Shown in pieces: positions 1-10,400 of a stretch of DNA of 64,000 nucleotides (the first letter of the stretch is position 1; each line of letters opens with the position of its first letter). The position numbers and the translations under genes are program-made. Source of the DNA: a virus; the IMG/VR virus record IMGVR_UViG_3300045988_120820, positions 72,335 through 136,334 of that record; one strand, 5' to 3'. The notes under the pieces were generated by a model, which worked only from the letters and a program-made list of their open reading frames with translations, was not told the origin of the DNA and did not search any database.

Positions 1-153
1 TAATGAAATAGTCATACATTCTACTATCATTCCATTTATGTTATTGTAAATATAATCGTCACCTAATGTAACTGAACTTGAATTATCTCCAACTGTAGTT
101 GTTCCTAATGATTGCCATGCCCCATCAACCTTGCCTAATATTGATAAATTCAT
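1..153 (-). CDS. hypothetical protein, N-terminal part only (gene runs off left edge)
   Basis: ATG at 153..151 preceded by GGAGG (revcomp of 161..165). Open for 51 codons to the window edge (MNLSILGKVDGAWQ...). No TM segment. Confidence 0.45.
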   Translation of the reverse strand, partial: MNLSILGKVDGAWQSLGTTTVGDNSSSVTLGDDYIYNNINGMIVECMTISL

Positions 154-164
154 TAAATCACCTC

Positions 165-1934
165 CTAAAATCCATTTTTGTGATTAGCTCTTACATATGT
201 TGGATAATCGAAATAGCAAGTATCGTAATCTAAATCTCCATTGTGTCCTGGAAGTCTTTTAGTAGCTGACATTTGCCATAACTTAACCTCGGTTCTAGTC
301 CAAGTACAAGCTGAACTCCATTGAGCTACCCATATGTGGTCAGTATATTTTATATTACTCCAATTCACATAACTTGTTGCCCATGAGTTATTAGTGTAAA
401 TTCCTGCCATATAACCTGCATCATTTATTATTTGACAGAAAGTATTCATACAATTAGTTAACACTGTTTTTCCTGGATTACCCATTTTATCAACTAAGTC
501 ATTTTCTTGGTCAAAGAACACTGGGAATTCAAATGTTTGAGAATATTTATTTAATTGTTGAACCACCCAATTCGCTTCTATTTTAACCTTTTCAACTGTA
601 TTTGCATATGAGAAGAAATAAACACCTACAGGGATTTTATTTTCAACACACAATTTTAAATATTCTTCAAATTTTGGGTCTATTATAGGTTGTCCACCTT
701 TTCTGCTACCATAACCAATTCTTAATATCACAAAATTTATACTACCATTTTCTTTTAAAGTTTTTAAATCTATTGTACCTTGCCATCTTGATATATCTAT
801 TCCATAACAAGGCACTGTGAATCCTGTACTACCTCCTACTTCTCCTGTTCCTCCTGCATCAACTGTTATCGTAGATATACTTACATATGAACTACTAGCA
901 TTTATATATCCTATACTATTATTATAGCTTACTTTAACCCATGAAGTATTTGTATAAGTTTCAAGTATTGGTAGTGTATATCCCTTAGGTACTGCTCCTA
1001 ATACACTATATTTTACACCCATTCCACTTCTAACATTTAAAGCATTACAAATTACTTTTGCAACTTTAGTAGTAGAAGATAATAATAATCCCACATACGC
1101 TTTACCTGTATTTTCTCCTATTGCAGTAGCAGTAGGTTGGTCTTTACAGTTTATAGCGAATACGGGAAGACTGTGTGAAGAACTTAATCCTAAAGCATCA
1201 TTACTTATTGTTCCTGTTATTTGGAATACCTTACCGTCTATATCCTTTCCAGTGTCTGCAAATTTAACATATTGTCCAACATATCTTTGGTCAGTAGTTA
1301 AACATACATTTTTATCTGGATATTTATCACTTGTAAATTCTGAATCTATATAATAACCCATTATAGTTGAGTCTAAAGTTAAATTAGACACCCATACAGT
1401 TTTATCTTCAGCGGGTGGCTTTACAGGTGTTGGATTACTTGGGACATCTTTTCCATCATCGTCATCATCTTTAGGTTCTTCATAAATTCTTATCCATAAT
1501 TTATATTTTGGGTCATTAGGAATATCACTACCAATATATATTTCTTCTTCTGTAAAATGTTCAAACATATATTTAAATATATCATTAAGAGAATCAAATT
1601 TAGTTCCTTCAACTAAACCCTCTTTGTAACTACATAATTCTTTTCTCATAGTTTCAATTAATTCGTCTTTAGTCATATCATTGTTATCTAATAAAGCTCC
1701 TATACCTTTTACTTCATACGCAACTTTAATTTCCGTATCCAACTCTTCAAAAGAGGAAACTATCAAGCATTCTTTTTCTTCGTCATATTCTGGTTCTACT
1801 CCGTTTATTTTTTTAAACCCATATTTTTTCATTAGGTCTTCATTTGTATTAAAGTTAGTTATTAAATTCCCTTCTGAAGTTTTATAATTCATAGGAGCAT
1901 ATACTAATTGATTATTTATAATTTTTCCGTACAT
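165..1934 (-). CDS. GH25 muramidase-domain protein with SH3b-like domain and long N-terminal region (endolysin or virion-associated lysin)
   Basis: C-terminal GIDISRWQG...FVILRIGYG...VGVYFFSYA... is the GH25 lysozyme pattern. ALNVRSGMGVKYSVLGAVPKGYTL...WVKVSYNNSIGYINASSSYV is SH3b-like. A D-rich/PxP linker follows residue ~155. Confidence 0.85.
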   Translation of the reverse strand: MYGKIINNQLVYAPMNYKTSEGNLITNFNTNEDLMKKYGFKKINGVEPEYDEEKECLIVSSFEELDTEIKVAYEVKGIGALLDNNDMTKDELIETMRKELCSYKEGLVEGTKFDSLNDIFKYMFEHFTEEEIYIGSDIPNDPKYKLWIRIYEEPKDDDDDGKDVPSNPTPVKPPAEDKTVWVSNLTLDSTIMGYYIDSEFTSDKYPDKNVCLTTDQRYVGQYVKFADTGKDIDGKVFQITGTISNDALGLSSSHSLPVFAINCKDQPTATAIGENTGKAYVGLLLSSTTKVAKVICNALNVRSGMGVKYSVLGAVPKGYTLPILETYTNTSWVKVSYNNSIGYINASSSYVSISTITVDAGGTGEVGGSTGFTVPCYGIDISRWQGTIDLKTLKENGSINFVILRIGYGSRKGGQPIIDPKFEEYLKLCVENKIPVGVYFFSYANTVEKVKIEANWVVQQLNKYSQTFEFPVFFDQENDLVDKMGNPGKTVLTNCMNTFCQIINDAGYMAGIYTNNSWATSYVNWSNIKYTDHIWVAQWSSACTWTRTEVKLWQMSATKRLPGHNGDLDYDTCYFDYPTYVRANHKNGF

Positions 1935-1961
1935 ATAATACCTCCTTTATTAATTATTAAA

Positions 1962-3308
1962 TTATTTTAGATTTTTTTCAATCAATGGTATATAAAAAGT
2001 GTTATATCCTAATTCATTTGGATGTGTTCCATCTGAATTATTTGTGTATGTGTTTTTATGTTCTGAAATATATGTATTTAAACCACCACAGTCATATACA
2101 TCTATAATTGGTATAGACCATCTTTTACATAATACTTTGGCTCTTTTACTATAAGTATTCTGTAATTCTGTATCCCTAGAACTCATTTTATGAACACAAA
2201 CATAGAATACTGGCACACCTTTCCAATAAGTTTTTAATCTATAACAAATTTCTTCAAAAGCACCAGAAAATGTATTTGTATTTTTTGTTTGGCTATATCC
2301 ATCAGATATTTCACCTAAATCTTTCACAGCGCCATTATTAATATCATTTGTAAATCCATCAAATAATATATAATCTGCTGTTTTTTTATCATTTTTTGCT
2401 TTTTCAATTTGAGTTAATATATCGTTTGTAGAAGTTGTTATTGTAGCACCACCCACAGCATAATCATAACAAATCATATCATTCTTCTTAGCTAATAATT
2501 CGGCATATCCAATACCGTTATTGCCATCTCCAGCACCTATGCTATCACCAAAATTTAAAATAGTCTTACCTTTTAATATGTTATTTAATAAATATATTTC
2601 ATTTTTTACTTCTTCTTTTAAGCTTTCATTTAATTTTAATTTATCTATTATTATTTTATTTTCTTCGTATTCCATTTTTTCATCACCAAAATATAACATT
2701 GAATTATCCGCAAGATTCTTTTCAAAAGAGACTCTGATATATGCTACTTCTTTATTTCCATTATAAGTTATTGACTCTTTTGTAAAATTTGTATTATCAT
2801 AATAATAATCTGTTAATACATTATAAGAATTATCATAAAAACACGCAGTTCTTATAGCTCTTCTTGTCATATTTGTATTCTGTGTTGGGTTATCCATCCT
2901 AGATAGGTTTATTTTATCACCTTTGCTAAACGGTATATATGTAGTCGTTACATAATTTCCATTTTTTATTTCCCCATTAGAATATACATATCCACCAACT
3001 AATTCATCAATATTTAATATATTATTTCCATATTTGGCAAAATTAGTTTTGTATGGAGTTACTTGTTCATCTACTATATTTTCACTTAATATAGTATTTT
3101 TTCCCACTACTGCTACACTTCCACCAGTTATTGCCTCTTTTATATCTTGCCCCATATTAGCCATAGTGAATACCTCATTTTTATCAGCTTTATTATTTAA
3201 ATTTTCTCTTAATGTCTTACTATCTTTACACAATACATTGTCATCAGTAGACCAAAATGAAATGACATTTCCATTCTCATCACCATATTTATTCTTCATA
3301 TACTTCAT
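1962..3308 (-). CDS. tail-fibre-like protein with C-terminal SGNH/GDSL hydrolase domain
   Basis: ILNFGDSIGAGDG (block I GDS) and DGTHPNELGY (block V DxxH). The N-terminus FWSTDDNVLCKDSKTLRENL recurs in other fibre-like ORFs here. Confidence 0.75.
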   Translation of the reverse strand: MKYMKNKYGDENGNVISFWSTDDNVLCKDSKTLRENLNNKADKNEVFTMANMGQDIKEAITGGSVAVVGKNTILSENIVDEQVTPYKTNFAKYGNNILNIDELVGGYVYSNGEIKNGNYVTTTYIPFSKGDKINLSRMDNPTQNTNMTRRAIRTACFYDNSYNVLTDYYYDNTNFTKESITYNGNKEVAYIRVSFEKNLADNSMLYFGDEKMEYEENKIIIDKLKLNESLKEEVKNEIYLLNNILKGKTILNFGDSIGAGDGNNGIGYAELLAKKNDMICYDYAVGGATITTSTNDILTQIEKAKNDKKTADYILFDGFTNDINNGAVKDLGEISDGYSQTKNTNTFSGAFEEICYRLKTYWKGVPVFYVCVHKMSSRDTELQNTYSKRAKVLCKRWSIPIIDVYDCGGLNTYISEHKNTYTNNSDGTHPNELGYNTFYIPLIEKNLK

Positions 3309-3322
3309 TGCTTCATACCTCC

Positions 3323-4564
3323 CTAATTTATATAACTCTCTTCAGAAGAAATTTTATTAAAAGGAATTTTTGTAATAGTTCCTGTTACCCCTCCTGATGT
3401 GTCTTCCTTAACTATTGGTACATTTTCATCATGTATTAAAGTATCTCCATACCAAATTTCATTTAAATAACTTAATTTTATTTGACATAATACATCTTTT
3501 TTTAATATCGGTTGCGTTCTCCATGATATACTCGGAAATATTAAAATTAAGTTATCCACTGTTGGTCTAATAAATAAATTCAATTCCATAAATTCATCCA
3601 CATCTGGTAATACGATAGTCGATAATGTTTCTGTTTTTAAATATTGATATTTATCTCCGGTTAAATTTAATTTATCTTCATCATCGGCGATAACTACATT
3701 TAAATAATCTACTATTTGTTCTTTTTTATTTTTTATTTTATTAAATTTATATAGTTTGAAATAATCTTCATTAAAACAACATAAACCGTATGTATAAGTA
3801 TCTGTATTACTTGTTATATATGCATAATTTCTATTACCATCTAAATATATTATTTCAGTACTAGAATTAAAATCTTTTGCCCAACCTTTTAATATATAAG
3901 AACTTTTACTTAATTCTGATATTATTATAGGTGTATCTTCTGTACCTTTTTTAATTGTATAGCCTTTACTTTCTTCTAATTCTATTAATTTTGTCTTATG
4001 CTGTAATATCTCATCTTTAATTTCGCTAGTTGCTTGTTCTAATTTGTTCAATTTAGAATCGGTAATTACATCTCCAGATATCCAAATAGTTCTATTATAA
4101 GACCCGTCGTCATTGAAAGTTTTTAATTCTTTTCCATATTTAGCAACTTTTGTGTTGTCTATTGCTGTTCCATCAACTGTTCCATAAGATAAATCGTCAT
4201 CGTCCACTTCACATTCTTCAACTGACATTATAAAATAAGGTAATTTTATTCTTCCACCTTTATCGTCATAAATTCTAATATGAACATGATAATTTCCTAT
4301 TTCATCAATTTGATTCATTATTTCATTATTAATTGTAAATAATATTTTATTATCTATAATAGGTACTATATCTGATTTTATTTGTTTTTTTAAAGGACTA
4401 ACTAATACTATATCAGATAATAAATAATTAGAACTTAAATCTAAATAATCAGTATCCATCAATTTGAAATATATATCTATACCTTTATCGTGTTGAAATA
4501 TTGATAGCTGACGATTTAAAATACTCTTTTGTTTATTAATAATTATCGAATATTCTTTTTTCAT
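3323..4564 (-). CDS. BppU-like baseplate upper / receptor-binding scaffold protein
   Basis: N-terminal ~120 aa pattern (LSIFQHDKGIDIYFKL...GNYHVHIRIYDDKGGRIKLPYFIMSVEE) resembles the BppU N-domain. Paralogous N-terminus in 25972..27141. Confidence 0.55.
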   Translation of the reverse strand: MKKEYSIIINKQKSILNRQLSIFQHDKGIDIYFKLMDTDYLDLSSNYLLSDIVLVSPLKKQIKSDIVPIIDNKILFTINNEIMNQIDEIGNYHVHIRIYDDKGGRIKLPYFIMSVEECEVDDDDLSYGTVDGTAIDNTKVAKYGKELKTFNDDGSYNRTIWISGDVITDSKLNKLEQATSEIKDEILQHKTKLIELEESKGYTIKKGTEDTPIIISELSKSSYILKGWAKDFNSSTEIIYLDGNRNYAYITSNTDTYTYGLCCFNEDYFKLYKFNKIKNKKEQIVDYLNVVIADDEDKLNLTGDKYQYLKTETLSTIVLPDVDEFMELNLFIRPTVDNLILIFPSISWRTQPILKKDVLCQIKLSYLNEIWYGDTLIHDENVPIVKEDTSGGVTGTITKIPFNKISSEESYIN

Positions 4565-4578
4565 CTATTTGCTCCTTT

Positions 4579-6105
4579 CTAAACATTTGTATTATTTTCA
4601 AGAGCATCTAATCTTGATTCTATGTTAGATAATCTTGAATTTATATTTCCTATTTTAGAATTTAAATCATTGACTTGATTTTGAACTTCTAAGATTTTAT
4701 CATTTAATCTTTTTTCAATTTGTTGTAAATTAACTTCACTCGTTGCTGAATTAATTAAGTTTATACAGTTTAACATTTGTGAGTTCAATTTATTTCTAGC
4801 TTCCCTATATAATGCTAATCTTATAGTGAATCTTTTTCTTTCATCTTTATTAAAAATTAAATCTTTCATATCTACTTTTATTGAATTAATAAAATCTGTG
4901 TGTTTTGCTTTAAAATCATCAAAATATTCTTTTAATAATTGTTTATTATTATCGCCTAACTTCTCATTATTATAGTAAGATTGATAACTAGCTTCTATTT
5001 TAGAAACGTAATTAACCATTCCATTTGCTAAAGCGTCCAACGAATTATATTGTGCTACCGTTAATTTCCCATCCACGTTTAACAATGAATTAATTATAGG
5101 TAACATGTCATTTGAGTACTTTTGATTTGCATCAAAATATCCTTGAATAGTTTGTTGTTCTTTAGCGAAAGAATTAATCAATGAAGCTTGTAATTCACTC
5201 ATATTACTAGATAAATCATCTATTCTAGCATTTGTATTATAAACTTCATCTGATATAGTACTTGAAGCCCCTAATGTTTTTTCGCCTTCTGAACCTATAG
5301 ACAATATTGTACTACATGAATCTTTAAAAGAAGATAATGTTATCAATATCGTAGTTATATTAGATGTTATGGAAGAAATATCTGCTAATGTTATATTTTC
5401 TCTATCATCCTCTGTGACGATTTTAATTTCTACAATTAAATCAGCCAGCATTTTTTGCAAAGATAGTTGATATTCTAAAAAAGATGTTGTGTCTACATCA
5501 TTAGAATTTTCTGCCATCATATCAATTAAAGCATCACTATATCCTAGCATTTCTTCAAATTTATTATTGATTGTATCTAACCTATAATTGACATCTGCTT
5601 TTTCTGCTGAATTAAATGTCTCATCGGAAAGTCTATCGGTTAATGTGGTTTTTAAATCTATCATTAAAGAATTGGAATTTATTATTGCTGTATTTAATAA
5701 TTCTTTAATTTGTTCAAATGATAAGTTTTCTTGATATTCTTTTGATAAACTTTCTATATTATCTTGAGTGATTTCAAGTTGTTTTTTATAAAATTTATTG
5801 TTTTCAGTGACTCCTTTTAATTTCTCTGCTATCGACTTTTTATTATATCCATCAAATAACATTTCCAATGTATCTGTTGTAGTTGTAACACTAACACCCT
5901 CTATATTTTTAATTATAAATATCAAGTCTTCTTTGTCATCTAATTTATTATTTGAACTTACTAAATCAGAAGTTTCTATCTTCCAATAGATATACTTGTC
6001 TTTTGTATATATATTATTTATAGGAAATATTTGTTCATTATATTTAATGGATAAATCCTTTATGTAAATGTATCCTTGAGTTGGTGCGTTATTAATTATT
6101 GCCAT
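4579..6105 (-). CDS. coiled-coil tail fibre/structural protein
   Basis: Long heptad-rich sequence in the tail module. The likely start is the ATG at 6105, 8 nt after AGGAGG (the track's GVG start at 6114 abuts the SD). Confidence 0.45.
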   Translation of the reverse strand: MAIINNAPTQGYIYIKDLSIKYNEQIFPINNIYTKDKYIYWKIETSDLVSSNNKLDDKEDLIFIIKNIEGVSVTTTTDTLEMLFDGYNKKSIAEKLKGVTENNKFYKKQLEITQDNIESLSKEYQENLSFEQIKELLNTAIINSNSLMIDLKTTLTDRLSDETFNSAEKADVNYRLDTINNKFEEMLGYSDALIDMMAENSNDVDTTSFLEYQLSLQKMLADLIVEIKIVTEDDRENITLADISSITSNITTILITLSSFKDSCSTILSIGSEGEKTLGASSTISDEVYNTNARIDDLSSNMSELQASLINSFAKEQQTIQGYFDANQKYSNDMLPIINSLLNVDGKLTVAQYNSLDALANGMVNYVSKIEASYQSYYNNEKLGDNNKQLLKEYFDDFKAKHTDFINSIKVDMKDLIFNKDERKRFTIRLALYREARNKLNSQMLNCINLINSATSEVNLQQIEKRLNDKILEVQNQVNDLNSKIGNINSRLSNIESRLDALENNTNV

Positions 6106-6120
6106 GCATTTCACCTCCTA

Positions 6121-6151
6121 CATAAAAATAACACCTATAAAATATAGGTGT
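6121..6151 (-). terminator. rho-independent terminator after the free-standing endonuclease gene
   Basis: Stem ACACCTATA/TATAGGTGT, followed on the - strand by TATTTTTAT. Confidence 0.65.
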
Positions 6152-6165
6152 TTATACTAAATTTA

Positions 6166-7395
6166 TTAATTATTTTTAATCTGTAATGTTTCTAATAAAA
6201 TTTCTTCTATATTATCTATATCATAATACCAAATTTCTAATAAATTAATATTACGTTCTTTTGCATATTCCTTTTTTCTACGGTCATGTTCTAATTGACG
6301 TTCAAATTTTTCTTTAGTTTGCCAACCCTCTTGCCATTTTTCATGTTGAATTCCTTGACATTCTATTAATAGATTATAATCTGGTAAATAAAAATCGTAA
6401 GATAAATTACCACCTTTTAATCCAATTAAACCATTATATTCTACTTGAATATTATAGTTTATATTATATTTTTCTAAAATATCTTTAGTTTTTATTTCTA
6501 ACTGTGAAGAATTGCACTCTTTACACACTACACCTGTATCTACTTTATTTAAATTTAATAAACTTCTTTCAAATTCTTGTCCGCATTTTTCACAAATAAA
6601 TTTATATTTTTTGTTACTCATAGGTGAAACTTCAAAAGGTGATTTTTTATTATTTTTACTCCAATATTTAGCTTTTTCGGGATATAAACTACCAAAGCTG
6701 TCTTTCGGATGTACTTTATGATTACTACAATATGAACATCTACAACCATTGTAAAATTTACTTGGAATGGTTTTATACCCACCATAATCATTATGATAAT
6801 CTTTTTCTTGACACAATATCCAAATATCTCTCGCATTATTTTTACTTATTTTAAATGGATTTAAAGTATTTTTGCTACTCCAATATTTCTCTACAGCATC
6901 TTCTCCATAAGTATTTATTAAATATTGTCCAAAACTGTCTTTAGGATGAACTTTTTTACTAGAGCAATAAGGACATCTTGCTTCTTCTGTGAAATGAGCA
7001 GGTGTTATAAAATAACTTCCATGATAATCTTTCTTATCACATTTAATAACCACCTTTTCTTTATAATATTTATTTATTAAATAAGGATTGACTGTATTTT
7101 TCTCCCAATCCCAATATTTATTTAAAGGTTCTTGTAATTCTTGTTGAATATAATAAGCAAAAGAATTTTCATAAGTATTACAGCAGTTAGTACATTTACA
7201 CTTATGTTTTCCTACAAAACCTCCCAATCGTACATCATATTCTTTACCACAATATGGACATTTTACTCTAATATAACTTAAATTTTTAGAATATTTACCG
7301 TCGATAGTAATTTCTCCGCAATGATAACTCCCAATATAAATATATCCATCACCACGATTTTCAACTTTTTCTTTATGCTCTTCATTATAATACAT
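6166..7395 (-). CDS. free-standing homing-endonuclease-like protein: repeated treble-clef zinc ribbons plus C-terminal Vsr/PD-(D/E)XK-like nuclease fold
   Basis: Repeated CPYC...C..C and W.W.KN...P motifs (DUF4379-like). C-terminal YDFYLPDYNLLIECQGIQHE...ERQLEHDRRK resembles DUF559/Vsr-type nucleases. Paralog at 39236..40249. Has its own SD and terminator. Confidence 0.6.
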   Translation of the reverse strand: MYYNEEHKEKVENRGDGYIYIGSYHCGEITIDGKYSKNLSYIRVKCPYCGKEYDVRLGGFVGKHKCKCTNCCNTYENSFAYYIQQELQEPLNKYWDWEKNTVNPYLINKYYKEKVVIKCDKKDYHGSYFITPAHFTEEARCPYCSSKKVHPKDSFGQYLINTYGEDAVEKYWSSKNTLNPFKISKNNARDIWILCQEKDYHNDYGGYKTIPSKFYNGCRCSYCSNHKVHPKDSFGSLYPEKAKYWSKNNKKSPFEVSPMSNKKYKFICEKCGQEFERSLLNLNKVDTGVVCKECNSSQLEIKTKDILEKYNINYNIQVEYNGLIGLKGGNLSYDFYLPDYNLLIECQGIQHEKWQEGWQTKEKFERQLEHDRRKKEYAKERNINLLEIWYYDIDNIEEILLETLQIKNN

Positions 7396-7478
7396 AATAT
7401 CTCCCCTTTATTAATTATTTTTGTTTCCCTTTTTATTCTTTCCAATTGCAACTTAAATTAAACCTTTTGAGAAATTGA

Positions 7479-10400
7479 TTATTTATTCCAGATTTGATTT
7501 ATCCATGAATTTTCAAAAAATGTTTTATCATCTTCTTTGAATTTCCAGAAATTAATCAAAGTTCCACCATATTTCATATAACTTGTAAATCTTGTTTTAT
7601 ACTGACTTATTTTACCATAATAATTCATAGCCCAATTATAAGATTGAGTATAACTCCATGCTAAAGATTTATTTCCGTATTCAACAATATAAGCATCCAC
7701 TCGTAAAGGATTTGTCATTTTTGAACTTACATCAGAATAAGATTTTCCCAAAAATAAATCGAAATCTGTTCCACCGACACCTGTGTCACAAACAGTTACA
7801 ATACCATCTTTATTGCCCCATTTTCCTTTTAAGAAAGGGATATAAATCTTACTACCATATGGTAAATTGTATGAACCGACACTTTTTGCGACTTCTAATG
7901 GTAAACCAGAACCTCCTGTTGTATATTTTGCTGAATAATATCCAGTCATACAACAATTAGTTAATTTAGCTACATAATTTACTCCATCTATTGTTCCATT
8001 TTCATAGAATACATTTGGATGTTCAGAGTCTGAAACATTTGTATTTGTATTTCCATTAGAACTGTTTTTATCAGCTTCAGCAACTTGAGGTAATCTAAAG
8101 AATATCCATTGATTTTTATCAAAAGTTCTTTTTCCTTTTCTTATACCACTTGAGTAACCAGATGCCTCATACATTTCATAATCTGAATATCCGTAAATCA
8201 TAACATGATGTGTCCTACAAGTGAATACATTATTTCTATTAAAACTTACTCCATCATTAACACAAAGAACAATATCTCCTGGTTTTGCATCTTTCAATCC
8301 CTCTTCTTTATATAACCAATATTCAGCTCCTAGTTGTTTTAATTTCTGTTGTAAAGTTCCTGCTCCACATGACAATCCTTTTAAATCGGGTATACCTGCG
8401 TAATCATAACAACATCCTGTATAACTAGAACAATCCCATCCATATGTTTGATTTAACACTACCCATGATGGCTGGGAATATGTCACGCCACCAACCGTTT
8501 CATAACGTCCTTTAATTGTATTTGGATTCCTGTAATCTACAGTTCTATAATATTGACTGTAATTTGCTTGATGATTAACACACATTCTAACTATTTCTTC
8601 AGCTTTTTCCATAATTTTTTGTCTTATGAAATTTACTCCATTTGTCTCATTATCTTCATCATCTGGAGGAATAAATGTGCCAACATTATTTTTGATTTGA
8701 TATTTAATATTATTTAATAACATTTTACATCCTACTACATTTAAGTCTAATCCATTATAAGTATAATGTGAGGCTAATACTTCATTTTCCACCATTCCAC
8801 CTTGAACTGTTATAGATTTTAACCCTAATTCATTTGCGATTTTTTGTAACATATTATTATAATTTTTAATTTGACTATTTAATTGTTCATAGTTATAATC
8901 TACAGTTGCATAATTTATACCGACAGGTAATTCATTTGCTACAAATATATATTTTCCTGTGTATTTAGTTTTTATAGAATTTAACAATGTCTTTATTTTA
9001 CTTATGTCACATAGAGAGTCATTGTTTAATCCTAACATAACAACGATAGCTTTTGGGTCTGATGGATAAGTTGTAATATCAAAATCTTCAACAATATTTC
9101 CAAAATACGTCATTTTTGGGGCTAAGTTATACTCTTGTAGATTTTGAATTCTTTTTGTTCCTATAATTAATACTTCATCTAAATCATCTATATTTATTTC
9201 TGCCTCTTTACCACTAACCGTAACAGTACAAGATGCTTTTATTTTAGTATTTTTATTTGATATAGCTGTTATAGTGCATTTTCCTTGACCTACACCTGTT
9301 ATTAATCCCTCATTTGATACTTTGGCTATATTACCATCAGAACTAATATATGTTATTGATTGATTTGCATTAGTAGGGATTACTGTAGGCAATAAATAAA
9401 CTGATTCATGTTTATCTATTTCTAATGAATTTGTATTCAATCTAATGCCCGTAACGTTAACATTACTACTATCTCCCATATCAACTTCTACGACTACTTT
9501 ACAAGTATCTGTTTTATTACCATCTTCTGTTATTACAGTTATTATACAAGCTCCATATCCATTTCCTACTATTACACCATCACTTACACTTGCAATGTTT
9601 TCATCACTACTAATCCATATTACATTTTTATTTTTAGCTGTATCTGGTAGTATTGTCGCCTTTAAAATATATTCTTCATTTAAATTTATATTTAAAGTAT
9701 GCTGACTTAAATCCACACTTGAAACACTGTCAACGTAAGCTTTATTAGGGGAAAAATCTAAGTCTAAATCCATACCAGTCATTAATGTACTATTAACTTT
9801 ATTGTATTTTTGTTTATTCCATAACCATTTATTAACTGATACAATTTTTTTTGTTTCTTTTGATTTTTTTAATAAATCAGCAATTACTCTAGTATCTTCT
9901 TTATTAGTTTTTTTATTTGAGAAGGTTAAACTTAATTTATTATCTTCGTAATTCATAGCCCAACCTGTAAAGAAAACTAATTCTTCTTTATCTCTTTCTT
10001 TATCGTAAGTAGATATAACGTCTCCTAAACCTAATTGAATTTCTGGACTTAATCTAATTTTGTCACCTAGCAATCTATTCACAAAATTTGCAGAATCTAT
10101 CGAGAATTCTACTGTAGGTTTACATTTAGATTCTAAAATATGTTTTCCTGTTTTTATTAATTCGTTAGCATCTACAAAACTATCATCTGAATATGTATCA
10201 TAATAAATGTAATCTTTTAATTCACTTAATAAATTTTCATTGAATAATAAATTACCTGCGTCGTCTTCTGACGTTTCTCTTCTACATAATTTATTTAATC
10301 TATTAATTTTAATATCTAATTCTTTTAATTCTTTTTCTATTTTATATATTTGACTTGAAACAGATTGCAATTCTAAATTAGATACATCTAATTCACTTTT

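Noticed and set aside
6115-7478. Whether the free-standing endonuclease cassette is itself an intron within a Tal-fibre fusion gene.
   Set aside because: Tal ends at a normal stop. The next fibre gene has its own SD/ATG. There is no GC-rich structured core, and the cassette has its own terminator.
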